NCBI GenBank assembly: GCA_010356995.1
Contig: ML996699.1
Span: forward strand, 341,697-405,696
Source: Trichodelitschia bisporula
Taxonomy: Eukaryota
Direction: 5' to 3'
DNA: 64,000 bases
The notes beneath the pieces were generated by a model. That model ran no database searches and was not told the DNA's origin. It saw only the letters and a list, made by a program, of their open reading frames with translations. The translations under genes were made by a program, and so were the position numbers. Shown piece after piece: positions 25,127 to 37,662 of this stretch. Each line of letters starts with the position of its first letter. The first letter of the stretch is position 1.

Positions 25127-25765
25127 CTAATTCCCCGGAAGCGGCGTGAAAATAACCGGCGCCTCCATCGCCGTCGTCACCACACTGCTCACCGGCGGGA
25201 GTAAATCCGCCGCCTCGAGCGTCGGCAGTCCGACTGGGACGGTAATCACGGTCGTCGTGTCGTTCAGCGTAACCACCATCGTGGTCTTGCTCCGCGTCGG
25301 CCTAGAACAATACCCGATCTCCACGCAATTGAGCCCGCCGTTCCCCTCGTAGGGAGGCGTGTATTTAGGCCGTGGCGGGGCGGTTAGGGTCGAGGTGCCG
25401 TTGGAGGCCAGGACCGCGCCTTCGCAGTTGGGGGGGGCGGGGAAGGGGCACCCTGCCCGTCGGTAGCAGAATATTGCGGCGTTGTATTCGCAGGCGCAGA
25501 GCTGGGGGGTGTTAGTTGGGGGGGGTTTGAAGGAGGGTGGGGGTGGGTTTGGGGGTTTGGGGGTAGGGGATGGGATGGGACCCACGCTGCCTTTGGCGAG
25601 ATACGGCGGGCAGGCAGGCGCGTCGCACACGCACGCCTTGCTGCTGTCGTCTTTTTGCACGCTGCCCGGCGCACCGGTTATCATGGGCAGCGGCGGGGCG
25701 GCGCCGTGGGCGTGGGCAGCGACGCGCAGGGCCAGGAGGGCGAGGGAGAGGATGAGGGCGTGCAT
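25127..25765 (-). CDS. Small secreted cysteine-rich protein
   Basis: Signal peptide MHALILSLALLALRVAA; 84-nt in-frame intron 25585-25502 (GTGGGT...CTAAC...CAG); CVC-x4-CP-x7-CAC-x7-C-x5-CP-x6-C core after splicing. Confidence 0.75.
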   Translation of the reverse strand: MHALILSLALLALRVAAHAHGAAPPLPMITGAPGSVQKDDSSKACVCDAPACPPYLAKGSVGPIPSPTPKPPNPPPPSFKPPPTNTPQLCACEYNAAIFCYRRAGCPFPAPPNCEGAVLASNGTSTLTAPPRPKYTPPYEGNGGLNCVEIGYCSRPTRSKTTMVVTLNDTTTVITVPVGLPTLEAADLLPPVSSVVTTAMEAPVIFTPLPGN

Positions 25766-28700
25766 GGCGGCGGATGAGGACCGGTCCAAAAGAGTGACGG
25801 TGGGTGAGGTATGAGCGAGCGTGGTGGAGCGGAGGATGCTCTGCGGGTTGGCTAGAGTCGATGGCTGCGCTCACGGCGGGTCCGGGGTGTGGGCGGCATG
25901 GGGCGAAGGCTGAAAAGCGGAAGACCAGATGGGTGCTGGCTTTGTATTTGAGGCAGGGCGGCAGCACGGGGGTAATATGGGTTGATTGGGGAGGTGCGTG
26001 GGCGGGTGGGCGGTTGATGGGTGAGCTTAGAGTGCGGATATTTGGCGAGGGGGGGGGGGGAATATACCTCCGGGGGCCGAGGGTGCGGTGGGCTGGGGTG
26101 GGATATGGGGGTCCCGGATGGCCCGGTGGGTGGAATTGGAGTACTGGTGGGGGGGGGTTGGAGATCTGGGTGCGAGAGTGTGGGGATGACTTGTTGGGCG
26201 GTTGGACTACTACGCAGTACGATCGCTGGGTGAGGGAGGATGGGTGATGGGCGGTGGGCGGCAGGGCTGTAAAGCGGAAACACGTCAACCGAGGCGAGAG
26301 CACAGTAAATACGGGACGGGCACTACGGGATATAGTGCGCGTGTCCCAGCGATGGAACTAGGAGTTTGGGTCAAGGCAGAGAATGACGAGTATGTGTGAT
26401 ATTTGCGCTTTCGAACCAATTGCGCACTGAAGGCAGAGAGAAACGGGTGTGCGAAGGGGAATATGGCAGCGAAAAGAAGGCCAAAACGAGTGAGCTTTTT
26501 TCCCTGGCCCACGTTTTGGGACCACGGAGGCGGCCGTGCCTGGAGATCATTGCTGAGGAACCCAGGCGAGGGGGGTTAGGGCCAATATGGCGAGTTATTG
26601 CGGCTCACGCAACCTAAGGAAATGCTGAGGAAGCTGTCGTGTGTTTCTCGTATCGGGTGTACCGTGGAAATTCGTGGCTAACGATGAACGGTTAATCGGG
26701 GTCTCTTCTGCTTGATGGGAAACTTACGGGATGTGTTCGTGCTGTTGCGTTGATATCATGCAATTACGGAGGTAGATCGTGGCATAGTGAAAGACGTGGA
26801 GGCAGCGAAGGACAAAGGGGAAACGGGCAGAGACGTAGCAGAAAAGAGAGGATTGCAATAAAGCTCAAATCATAGGGAAAGAACCGTACTGGAATGCGCG
26901 ATGCATCATAGAGAGAATGGAGAGAAGGTATTCCATGGGAAGCATTCTGATCAACTTCATTTTGACGTCGAAGGTGATGGAGCAAAAGGAAGATGCACTC
27001 ACCAAACCTACGCGGCCGAGAGCTCCATTAAATCACAGCAGTCAATTCAACCTGACTCTGGGCGAGCATACTTCAGAGAATATGCTTCTCCAGACATCGA
27101 AGCGTCTTTGGCCAGCACTCGTCTCAATTCATGAGTGCGAGACGTGAAGCCCTGACGCATAATGCCACCGCCCACGGTCAATCAGTCCGTGCAAGTTTCC
27201 CATTCCTCGAAGAACGCAAGGAACAACGGAGGAGCACACCCGCGATGGGGAGGATCCTCACGTTCGAGCACCATTGGGTCGCCCGTTCCATACCTCTTCC
27301 CCTGGTAGGGGGGGCTGTTGATGAGCTGGTGACGGTCAAACAGGACGACGTTTGATTTTGAGAGGTGGTTTCCCCGCTGGCGGCCTCGAGGGTGCGACCC
27401 CGCACGACGACGGTGAGAGAGCGCAGCGGGAAGCCTCCCTCGTGACGTGATACTGTGCCCGCGAGGTGTGGTTGGCACATTGTTCTATGTTACGTGAGGA
27501 TGGGAGCTGGAACGATGGAAGCGCCGCGCTCGTGTTTGAGCCGCCGGCGCCCGTGTGAGAGGTGGGAGGGGAGCGGGCTTGGCTGTTGCAGGGGCGGTTC
27601 TCGATGCGGTGCACGGAGGACGACGTCTGGGGATGCATAAGCTGCACGGATGGCATATTCTCGCAATAACGCATCGAAGGAGTGTCGATAACTCAGCGGC
27701 ATAGGAAGAATGAAGTCGGATGTGGTCTGTGAGATTCGGGCGGAGTCGTTCGCGGGGGCGGAGTGCCGAGTTGTCCTCTGAGCGGACCGATTGCCTGGGC
27801 GACGGAGCGGAGGCTTCCGCCCCCAACGTTAGACAACCCCGTCTTGCGGCACGATCCTGTCAACCCTGACGAAATTGCGAATTGCAGTGCAACGCCCCCA
27901 GACGACATCTCACGCACTTCAAGGCAAGAGCGCGTCAAACCGGGGAGTAGGCTAGGAGCCGCCACTTCACGATGCCTTCCTCCTCTGCTGTCCCGTTGCG
28001 GCCTTCTGACGCCTCCCCTTGTGTCAATCACCGTTTACGCCTCCTCCAGAGCACTTAATATGTCGTTCACGACGTCATTGACGACTGATCGTCCATGTCC
28101 CTGAGGCTGGTAGGAAAGGCCTCCGTCGTTCATCCCAAAAGTGCAAGATAGTAGCCCCTGTCCTCTACTACGTACGAACTCTGTAAGCGCTGTCACCATC
28201 TTGTGACTTCATCTCTCGCTTGTGAGCCGCGTGAGGTAATTACAGGAACTATCGTGAGCGCCCGTTGCCTCCCCCGTCTCGGATAGCCTGGATGGACGAC
28301 TTCCGGCTCAGCACATCTTGGCTCCACGCTTAAGCAGCTTCAGCGTACAGCTTCTTTTTCTTGGGACACGGCTTATTCAGATACAAGCAGGTTTGGCCGA
28401 GAAAATGAAGCACATGTCCCTCAAACTCCCCCAACCTCACGCAGTCCAAAAAGCATCGCATCGCTTGGCAGGACCGCTCGGCTGGGGTTCAAGCTTCTGG
28501 GCGCAATGTCAACAAGGCTGGAATTGCCTCGATCGGGCGTAGCAAGTCCTGCTGGGGCATAGTCAATGCCTTCCCCGATGTGCTCTCTGACGCTGCGAGC
28601 GTCGAACCCGTTCCCATGTGCGGGAGCCCCGCACCCCCAGTGACCAGGGTATGAAGAATAACGGACGCCACGGCCTGGAGACGTGCATGGTTTCAGACGA

Positions 28701-28908
28701 CAGCCTCGCGTGTGGAGGCCACGAACATGATCGTCAATATAAACCGGCACAGCTTCCACCTCACTACAGAATCCAACCGCAAGTTCGGCCAGAGCAACAC
28801 CGATACCTTCTTCTCAACCTTCCTTCTGTTCATCTTGCCGGTCAAGATTTTTGATTCTATACATTCTTTTCCTCACTCCGGTCCACTCCTTGCAGTACTT
28901 CCTTCATC

Positions 28909-29923
28909 ATGAAGCTTTCAGTTCCCGTCGCTTTCTTCCTGGCGACGCTAGTCGTCGCCGCTCCTTCGCAGAAGCGCGGCTTCGGTTCTGCACTCGCCGC
29001 CGCCAAGGGCCAGCAGGGCCAAAAGGCGAATGCTGGTGCCGGTGCTGGTGCCGGTGCCAACAAGGGCGGCAACAAGGGCGGCAACACCGGCACCACCCAG
29101 ACGGGCAACACCGGCAACTCCAACGCCAGCAACGGGACCAACACGGGCACCACCAACACGGGCACCACCAACACCGGCACCACCAACACCGGCAACTCCA
29201 ACGCCGGCAACTCAACCACCGGCACCACCAACACGGGCAACACCGGCGCCGCCAACCAACCCGCCATCCAAGACGGCGCCAACGACGTCAACGCAGCCGG
29301 GAGCGTCTCCGCCTCGGACGCCCTCCTCATCAACACCGCCATCGACGCCTGGCAGCGGGACACCGGCGTCGTAACCAACTTCCTAAACATGGGCGCCAGC
29401 TTCACCGACGACGCAACCTTCAAAAACCAAGCCCTCATCGCCCACTCCGCCGAAGTCGACGAACTGACGCACAAGAACGTGCTCGACCAGTTCACAGCCG
29501 GCAACGCCAACGTCCAAGCCGCCAACGCCACGCTGACCAGCGGCGCGTTCCAGCTCGTCGTCGATCGCCTTTTCGATATGAGCGTCAACGGGCGCGCGGA
29601 TATTGCGGGCATTGATCAGATTAACAAGGATCGTTGCGTCAACGTGTTGCCCAATATTGATACGTATTTGAGGGAGAGCGCGCAGTTGATTGGCGGCGGG
29701 CAGAAGGTTATTCAGAGTGTGAGGCCTGCGGCTTGTGGAAATATTGTGCCGGGCCAGAATGGCGCGCTGAAGGTTAATGAGATTCCGGCTGGGTATGTGA
29801 ATGGGAAGTTGCAGAATGGGAATTCGAATACGAACCCTAACATCCCCGCCACTGCGGCTGATGTAAGTTCTCCTCCGCCCTCCACTTTGAAGAGCAACCA
29901 GCTAACGCGCACAGGATGGTTGA
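28909..29923 (+). CDS. Secreted protein with N/G/T-rich linker and a globular helical domain (AIDAWQRDTGVVTNFLN...RCVNVLPNIDTY)
   Basis: Signal peptide plus KR site; intron 29863-29914 gives terminal DG-stop at 29923; strong codon bias. Confidence 0.8.
29030..29250 (+). repeat. Coding low-complexity repeats (AG, NKGG, TNTGT units)
   Basis: Repeated 15-bp ACCAACAC(C/G)GGCACC units. Confidence 0.85.
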
Positions 29924-30809
29924 ACAAGCATTCAAAACATCAGTGCGAAGGTCGCAGGGGGGTGAACGGTGATGGGAAACGGTTCGGAGTGGAAGGGGTA
30001 GGGGTTCATCGCACATAGCTTCCATTCTGGGAATGGTTGAGAAGTCGAACAAAAATCGAATTAGCTCTGGCCAGAAACAGATTCCACACTGTGCTTCCCC
30101 CTCTCCAAAACGAACCTGACGAAATTCTCAACCCCAGAACTGACCTTCCATTGAATGTCGCGCATGAATCCGCCAAGCCTCAGCCTTGCCAAGCGAGGAT
30201 CTGAAACCCTGCCGAAGCACATGGCGGATTTGGCGAGTGTCTCACCTTTGCTTCCGGTGAGGGGTTTGAACTGACGGTGGGGGGCGCTGCCGCTGCGGCG
30301 TGAGTGTGGGCGAATACAAAAGGGAGAAAATGTTTCTCCGGGGAAATAAGCGGAGCACGGAGTATAAACAAGAGAGCTCCAGCCGGGGATTTTGCGGGAA
30401 GTTTTGCGGAGTTGGACAAGCTCGTCGTGCTTTGGTGCACCGCCTGTGCCTCGTTGGGGGAGGCTTCGTGGCTTGGCACGGGTAGATTTGTTGGTCGAGT
30501 TGGCATTTGGAGGGCTCGTGAGGTCATGAGCGAAGACTGGGAAAACGCAGTGCTGCAGATGGAAGGTCTCCATTCCCCTACCCGCCAGGTGCGTACCGTC
30601 GAGGAATTGCAGTGCTGCGACAAAATGTGCCTTGATGTGCTTATTCAGGTTTTCCATTCTCACTGTGACGAGGCTCTAGAGTGTCCGTACCCGATGCTCC
30701 TCGTACGTCTCCATCCATCCTAGCCTGCCAACCAGACTCCTAAACCCTTGTACATCTCCATTCTACCTTGCCAACCAGACTCCAAAAAATGCAAATGGGT
30801 ATCTCAAGA

Positions 30810-31970
30810 TCAGGAAACATCCGTCATTACCGTATCTGTCATCGCCGCCATACCAGCCCCCGCAGTCGCCACATCCTCATCCTCCCCAACAAACACACCA
30901 AACCCAACGTACAAATCCGTCAACATACGAGAGCAGTACTCGTCGATGTCGTATCCGCCCGCCATGATCCGTCTATCCTTCTTCGCTTGTTCCAGAGGCT
31001 GCCAGCGGTAGTTGTCGTGCACGATGCCGTACTCGTGCTTCGCCGTAAGTCCGTCAAACGGATCGTACGGGTTCACGGGGCCGGCCTTGACTGTCTTCTT
31101 CAGGCCCTTGACCTGGAATCCCGTATCCACCGGTTCTGGGCGCCGCTCGTATTGCTCACGCAGCGCCTTACTCTTCTTGAGAACCGTCTGTCCCCGGCGA
31201 GCGATTGTATCTGCATCCCCACGACCCGTTGCCAGTTGTGAGATGACGTTACGGCGGGCCGCGTCGCGCTCCGCTTTGTAGGCTTGTGCTTCGCTCGCGG
31301 CACTTTGCTGCCGAAGACGGGCTTGCTCCTTCTCCGAGGCGAGACGCCGCTTCTCGTCGCGCATGCCCTGGTTTGAACGTTTCGAGTTCTCCGTGATGGC
31401 TTGACGGTTCGCGGCTTCATACTCGCGGAGCCGCTGCTCCATGGCGTCGACTTCGATGTTGTGGATCAGGTTGTGGGTGATGTCTTCGACATCGTTGAGA
31501 TAGTTGTTGTAATCGAGCAAGGTGTCAAAGTCATCTTCTTGCTTGTTGAATCTGGCATGTTAGAAGGATAGCAAACGGAGGCGGAAGACATACACTTGAG
31601 ACACACGTTTCCGGATGTCGACTTCGCGCTCTAACTGAAGGTCCTGGAAAGTGGGTGCCCTGAAGCGGTGTCTGCGGAGTGTCTTGCCACAGCCGGCAAC
31701 AGGACACGGAGCGGGGCCATGCGAGAAGATGCGGTCGATGCAGCTCTCGCACATCCGGTGGTAGCACTCCGGGTTGATGAGGAACCGCATATCACGGCGG
31801 AGGTAGCGCTTGGAGTGGCAGATGGGGCACTCCTCATCTAATTCGAAGTCCATGGTGTCAGTACTTCCAGCGAGCTGGATGTTGAGTGTTGCAAGGTGGT
31901 TGTGGAGCTCACCACCATCCTCCGGGTGTATGCGCTCGGGCACATCATTGTGCAGTGCGGTACGCGACAT
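30810..31970 (-). CDS. TFB3: CDK-activating kinase assembly factor MAT1 / TFIIH subunit Tfb3
   Basis: RING CPICHS...ECYHRMCESC...CPVAGC, TFQDLQLEREVDIRKRV, YNNYLNDVEDI; two introns. Confidence 0.93.
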
Positions 31971-32255
31971 GTTTTTGCCGTCGAAGGAGGACGGGAGGCG
32001 AGCTGGAATGTATTTCGGTATAGCAAGGGATGGAAGCTTGTTCTGCAATGATGGCTTGTGTGGTGCTGGAGAGATGGATGTGGCGTCTCTTCTGATATTC
32101 TAGGCGGTCCGTGCGTCATGACAGAAGCAACTTGGTCGGCCTTTTGTTAAGGACCCGGTCTCTCCCCTCCCCAACCAACTCCCTCACACACTCAACCTCG
32201 TTTTTGGTAATAAAATCACGCGACTGCGATACACTCTCTTTCCAATACAGCGAAC

Positions 32256-33851
32256 ATGGCTTCCAATACCGACCTCTCGAGCGTCGACCGCGCTCGTCAG
32301 GACCTCGAAAGCAGCGTAAACAAACTCCGCAACGCGCTCCGCTTCTGGCAAACCTGGGAGGCGGAGTACGAAGGATTTAAGGAGGAGCTTGAGGCCTTGG
32401 AGACAGAACCTACAGTCGATGAGATGGTCGCGCTCGGTGTCTCATTTGGCGGCACTGTCATCAATGAGAAGGAGATAAAGGATCTCATCGGACTCCCTCG
32501 GACGCCTCGCACCCGCACACAAGTGATCGCCGGCTTATCTCACCGAGCGGAGACGGGCCGGAAGAACGCAGAGATGATGCAAAAGCGCATAGAGGCTGAA
32601 GAACAGAAGCTGGAATCACTGGCTGCCATCAGCGACGCGAAGTTGACCGACGACCACGGCAATCCCCTCATGGAAATTTTTGAAGAGCTGGATGACGACG
32701 ACAACGTAGTCTCCAGTCGACTTACGAATGCCGATAAGGCTGCAGATCAACTGGATTCCTTGATAAAGAAGCAAATGGGGAAAGCTGAAGACGCTTTGTC
32801 TACTCCTTCCGCAGCGTCGACCGCTCCAAGCACGACTCCGTCACTCGCAGCATCCAGCCTGGCCTCCGAGCCGCCGAAGCAGCTTGCAGTCCGGCCGAAA
32901 CCGGAGGCGTCAACACCCAAATCCAGTGACCAGATACTTCCAAAGGCTCAGCACAAGCCTGTCGCAAATCCGGCACCTCCTCTGCCCTCTGACACGAGCC
33001 TTGACCCTCTTCTAGCTGCTCTCAAGGATGCGTCCCCACACCCACCCAACATTCCGAAAGGAGACAATGTCATGCTGGAGGTCAACGAGCATGACGAAAT
33101 CATCGGCTATAAGCCACTGGATGCTGTCACCAATCCAAGCGCGTATGCGCCCCATAAAGACGAGATGCTACAGAACATGAGAGAGATTGGCCCAGTGGTT
33201 GCCACGATGGATATCGAAGACGACACTGACTCCGAGTGGGATGACGTGGATGAAAGCTCCTCCGAGGAAGAGAACGAATACGGGATGGTTGACATCCGAA
33301 GTCAAATGTCCGACGATTACGTGGCGGAGATGGAAGCTCTCATGCGGAAACACTCCCTGGCCATGGAGAACGTCGGGCCCACGCGCAAGAAATCCGTTTT
33401 GGAGTCAGTGGCGGAGGATATCGCGACAGAGGATGTTCCCATGACGGATCCACCACCGTTTGAAGTTATCGAAAAGCCCGCCGAAGCGGTCCCATCCATC
33501 GCGGTTGTGGAGCCTATTGAGGACCCACTGGCTTATCGGGCAAAGCCCCTCCAAAGTGCGTTATCCAAAGGCAAGAACACCAATGGGAAGCCTACCCCAG
33601 AGAAGAGCGTCAGGTTCTCGGACGACCTCGATGTCTCACCTGCTCCTCCGTCCAAGTCATCGTATAAGACTGCAGCCAAGAAAGCTGCAAAGGCTTCCAC
33701 TGCGCCCGTCAAACCCGCGCCCGTCACAGCGGCGGTTGCTGAAGCGATAGTCGAGCGCAAGGCCGCTCCTGAGCCACCAAAGGTGGCCCCGCCAACAAAG
33801 AAGATGAGTCGGTTCAAGGCCAAGCGACTCGACCCGGATGCGGCTCCGTAG
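32256..33851 (+). CDS. BUD27: Bud27/URI unconventional prefoldin (Prefoldin_3 + DUF3835-like tail)
   Basis: N-terminal coiled coil WQTWEAEYEGFKEEL, PLMEIFEELDDDDNV, KSVRF, C-terminal KKMSRFKAKR; intronless, 531 aa. Confidence 0.8.
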   Translation: MASNTDLSSVDRARQDLESSVNKLRNALRFWQTWEAEYEGFKEELEALETEPTVDEMVALGVSFGGTVINEKEIKDLIGLPRTPRTRTQVIAGLSHRAETGRKNAEMMQKRIEAEEQKLESLAAISDAKLTDDHGNPLMEIFEELDDDDNVVSSRLTNADKAADQLDSLIKKQMGKAEDALSTPSAASTAPSTTPSLAASSLASEPPKQLAVRPKPEASTPKSSDQILPKAQHKPVANPAPPLPSDTSLDPLLAALKDASPHPPNIPKGDNVMLEVNEHDEIIGYKPLDAVTNPSAYAPHKDEMLQNMREIGPVVATMDIEDDTDSEWDDVDESSSEEENEYGMVDIRSQMSDDYVAEMEALMRKHSLAMENVGPTRKKSVLESVAEDIATEDVPMTDPPPFEVIEKPAEAVPSIAVVEPIEDPLAYRAKPLQSALSKGKNTNGKPTPEKSVRFSDDLDVSPAPPSKSSYKTAAKKAAKASTAPVKPAPVTAAVAEAIVERKAAPEPPKVAPPTKKMSRFKAKRLDPDAAP

Positions 33852-34726
33852 ACAGCTCCATCTCGGCAATTGAATTTGTCTGATTTCTCAGCCCACGCCC
33901 CCGCGTTGGAGAATTGGTGATGCGTTTGTAAGATTGAAACCAACTCCTGCACTTCTTGCTGCATTGTGGACCGGAACGCGCGATACCAACCATGCTATAA
34001 ATGGGACATCTAGACCTGTGGATGGTTCCATGATGCGCAGTTCCAAGATCAAGAAACAGGGCTCTCTGACACACCACCGCGTTCCCATGGGTGGCAGTGA
34101 TTCGTTTCACTCTGTACATTTCTTCACGCCAGTAGAGCTTGGATTTGGCGACATGCGTGTCGGCAGACTCCCGTACCCACCGGCGTTCGTCGCTGGGACC
34201 GGTTTAGGCACCATTGTCAAACTCAATTTATCAGAGCTAGCTCACCATAACTTGTCACGATAGCGCCTTTTGTCCAAGTCGGACGGGCTTCTCCGCCGTC
34301 TGGACTAAGTGACAATGTTGCTGTAGTCTAACCCCGGTCGAGTTCGACGGCCTGCTAACCTTGTTCGTTTAGGATGTCGAAGCTTCCTTATCGGAGCTAG
34401 GCCCGGCTGATACAGCTGTCCAATTGTGTCCGGGCTGAAGTAAGGCACTTACCAAGCCGACCCCACTTAGTTGAGCATTTTTATTCCATTTCGGCATGAC
34501 GTCGTTTCAACATATGCGTAGTGATCAATGGTACCGAGACGGGTCGCACCGAGGCCCATGTCGACGTAGCAATATCGCATAGCAACATTCGGCTGATGTG
34601 AGATTCTAGCGCCGTTCAGAGGCCTTGGACCAGTCAATGCAGCATCTCTACATCCACAACGGTATCATTCAGGAACACACAATTGAATTCGCTCAACTAG
34701 GGAGTAAACAGGCACCAAGCAGTCCC

Positions 34727-35749
34727 CTACTCCTTCTTCGACGTCCCATCCGCAACAGCCTTGCGCCTCTCCCGTCCACTAATTAGGTACAACCCCGCCC
34801 TAAACTCCAAAATGGGATCATCACTCGGCTCCACGCCCTCCACCCGCGGAATCGGATCAAAAATAATCGTCTTCGCCTTCTCATCCCCATCCGGTACCAC
34901 GGCATCCACCACAATCGTCCCCAGCGTCACCACATCGCGCTCCGCCGGCCACACCACCGTCGCATCATCCGTAACATCGCCCTCAGCCGCAACCTGCGCC
35001 TTGAGCTGCCAGGTCACTTTCCCACCCCCCAACCGCGCCGCAATCTCCTCGCGTAAGTAGTCTGCACCCTTCGCGCCGACCTCCTTGTCGCTCAGCGTAG
35101 CAACCTGCGCCTCCGGCTCCACAATCCAGCGCACAAACGTCCCCTTCCCCTCAGGCGAGATCAGCTTAAACGCATTAATCCCATGGTACTCCTGCCCCGC
35201 CCAGCTCTCGAGCGCGGGCTTCGGATACCCAAGGAAAGCCTGCGTGTACGGCCTCGCACCCACGAATTTCTGCACTGGGCTCGGTTCTGCGCCGCCTGGG
35301 GGCGAGGTCGCGATCGCGGTAAGTAGACCGAGGAATTCCTCGCCGGTGCGGACGGGGAACCGGGGGGTGCTGTGCGCGACGATGTCTGTGTGCTTGCGCC
35401 CGCCGAGGTCGAAACGCAGGCCTAGGCCGTGAGGGCGGGAGTCGGCGACGGTGTCGGGGATGGCGGGGAGGCCGGTGGAGTCGCTGAGGCGGGCGAGGAT
35501 GGGGGTGGGGGCGTTGAAGTGGGGCGCTGTGCTGAGGGTTTTTGCGGTTTCTGAAGGGGTGAAGGTCCCGCTTAGGAGGATGCCTTTGGCGTGGGCTGCG
35601 GGGGGAGGTTAGGGTTGGGTTTAACTTGGTGGATGATAGGGGGGGGACGTACCGGGCCGGTAGCCGGGGTGGTCGCCGAAGACTTTGTGGAAGAGGGCGA
35701 GGAGGTTTTCGGCTGTTTTTACGAGCTCGGGGTCGCTGGGAAGGGGCAT
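34727..35749 (-). CDS. Small catalase-related heme peroxidase (SrpA-like)
   Basis: ATG 35749, HPGYRPAHAKG across intron 35652-35596, ARLSDSTG, PVFPV, FDPIP...EPSDDPILEFRAGLY. Confidence 0.88.
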
Positions 35750-36652
35750 GGTGGGTGGTTGGGGAAGTACGTAGATAGGTGTAGCTGGGATGTAGAACTA
35801 GAGAATTGATATCGTAGTCGAAGCCTGATGCCGTTCCTCCTCCGCCCACCTCCCCCTTATATACCCCAATCACTCAGGCGATCTCCAAACCCGTCACAGC
35901 AGTGAAAGTAATCACCAACCACACCATCGCTGACACACTCCACCTCCCGAGCACACCAATCACCGCCAGAATTACTAACCCTTCGCTCGGAAGGACTACA
36001 GAAACACAAATACTCTCAAGGTCCGGACCAGGCTAGCTCCCAGCGTCTGCAAGCGGACTTCGCGCGTCGCGCGCGGCCCAACCGCGGCGCGCGAGCGTCC
36101 AGGCTGCTGGGAAGCGCGCAGGAAGGACGTGACAAATATGCACCTCTGGGGGTGTTCGGCGAGGGGACATGGTGGATGGGGGGAGAGGCCGCATGGTGGG
36201 GTGCGGGTTGGGTGTCAGCGCTGGGGGGAGTTACTCAGCATGACGGCGGGGGAGGAGGGGTATGGAGGAAGGTGGCTTGTGGGGATGCGTGAGGAGGAGA
36301 GCCCAAGATGGATAGCGGGGTTATCGCGACGGACAGCTTGGGACAGGTGCATTGCGAGCTGCAGGTCGCTGCTACTGTGGTACCGCAGAATGCGCGCGGT
36401 GGGATCGGGCTGCTTGAGAGTGGGGTGGTTCTCATGCAGACGATCGGCGCGCGGGCCTGGAGTCGTGATTTGTATTTCACATCTAGCCTCGATATTCCGG
36501 ATGAGACCCTTTGCGGCTGCGGCGAGCACGCTGCATGGCGCCATCTGCACCGCAGCCATGATCATCCCCAGATCGGCTACCGGCAAAGGCGTCACGAATG
36601 CAGTTACGCCGTTTGATCTGATATAAGCTTTGAAGAAAAGAAGACATGAAAA

Positions 36653-36744
36653 GCGTTGGTGGTTTAGTGGTAAAATCCGTCGTTGCCATCCGGATTCATT
36701 CGGGACGATTCGACGGGCCCCGGGTTCGATTCCCGGCCGACGCA
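36653..36744 (+). tRNA. tRNA-Gly(GCC) with 21-nt intron (36689-36709)
   Basis: Acceptor GCGTTGG/CCGACGC-A, D arm, anticodon stem CGTCG/CGACG with GCC at 36685-36687, T arm CCGGG-TTCGATT-CCCGG. Confidence 0.95.
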
Positions 36745-36757
36745 GTTACAGCTTCAC

Positions 36758-36768
36758 TTTTTTTTTTT
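36758..36768 (+). terminator. RNA polymerase III terminator (T11)
   Basis: Poly-T run 13 nt after the tRNA 3' end. Confidence 0.85.
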
Positions 36769-37259
36769 GGGTGCTGTGGAATTGTGAAGTTGAACCCGAG
36801 GTCGGGGAATTGGCGGGGTTGAGAATCGGCCAGGGTGTTGGTTGTCCCGAGATAGGCGGGGGAACGATTGTCCGGGCACATTGGGGTCTTAAAATCCGCG
36901 CCTGTTCTCCACCGAACCAGAGAACTTCAACCCGCAGCTAGCTGATGGAGCTAGACCCTCTTATCAAGCTTTTTGGGCTGGTGAGTATCAATGACATCTT
37001 TAAAATGTCGTCTCTGGACCTCGTTACGATGATTGCCTATTATTATTCATTGTTTCAACCCCTTATGATCTTTCTTGATTAGGCTCGTGCTTGAAACTCT
37101 GACATCGAGGATATTTGTAGTCTTCTATCCTTTCTCTGCTTTCGACGCAGCGAGGCTGACGGTTCGACGGCCAGATTGCGAGGGACCAATGGGGGTCCCT
37201 CGCTGACGTCACTTCGCGTGGGTTTGAGCATCTCGATATTGGTAAGCAACTCCTTCACC

Positions 37260-37477
37260 TTCACGTTTAGGCGTTGTGCCTCGCATCCAAGTGTGAAGAC
37301 GTATTAACAACCTTGCCAGCAACTGGAAACAATATGATCATCTTCAACCCGTCGTCGTTCCACGCTCTTGAGGGGGAACGACGACGGGCACGAAGCTGAT
37401 CGTGATGTTTCCCCTTGTTGGCAAGGTTGTTAACACGTCTTCACGCTTTGGTGCGAGGCACAAAGCTTCAATGTGAA
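37260..37477 (+). repeat. ~218-nt imperfect inverted repeat (fold-back hairpin, candidate small-RNA precursor)
   Basis: Arms 37271-37322 / 37415-37466 differ at 6 of 52 positions; perfect 14-bp inner stem 37348-37361 / 37375-37388 closes a 13-nt loop. Confidence 0.85.
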
Positions 37478-37662
37478 CGGGAGCGGTATCGTCCATAAGA
37501 GTTAGATGCCTCGCGTCCACCTCATGGCCACAGCGTAAACTGCTCAAGTAGTGGCCACTTGCAGGATAATAGGTTTCAGATAGCTTCCAATTGATATCAT
37601 TTGCTAGTTCAATCCCCTTCCATGCGTGACCCATCCCCAAACCCTCCAACCTCCAGTCCCTC

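Noticed and set aside
25512..28850. Pro- or Gly-rich ORFs in the long spacer
   Set aside because: Products of C/G skew; no motifs or convincing splice structure.
30061..30723. 200-aa minus-strand ORF downstream of TFB3
   Set aside because: Non-ATG start, no recognisable domain or codon bias.
35608..35620. TTAGGG-like sequence (also near 40860)
   Set aside because: Only 1-2 units; not a telomeric array.
37344..37649. 101-aa minus-strand ORF over hairpin 1
   Set aside because: No family features; the inverted repeat explains the region better.
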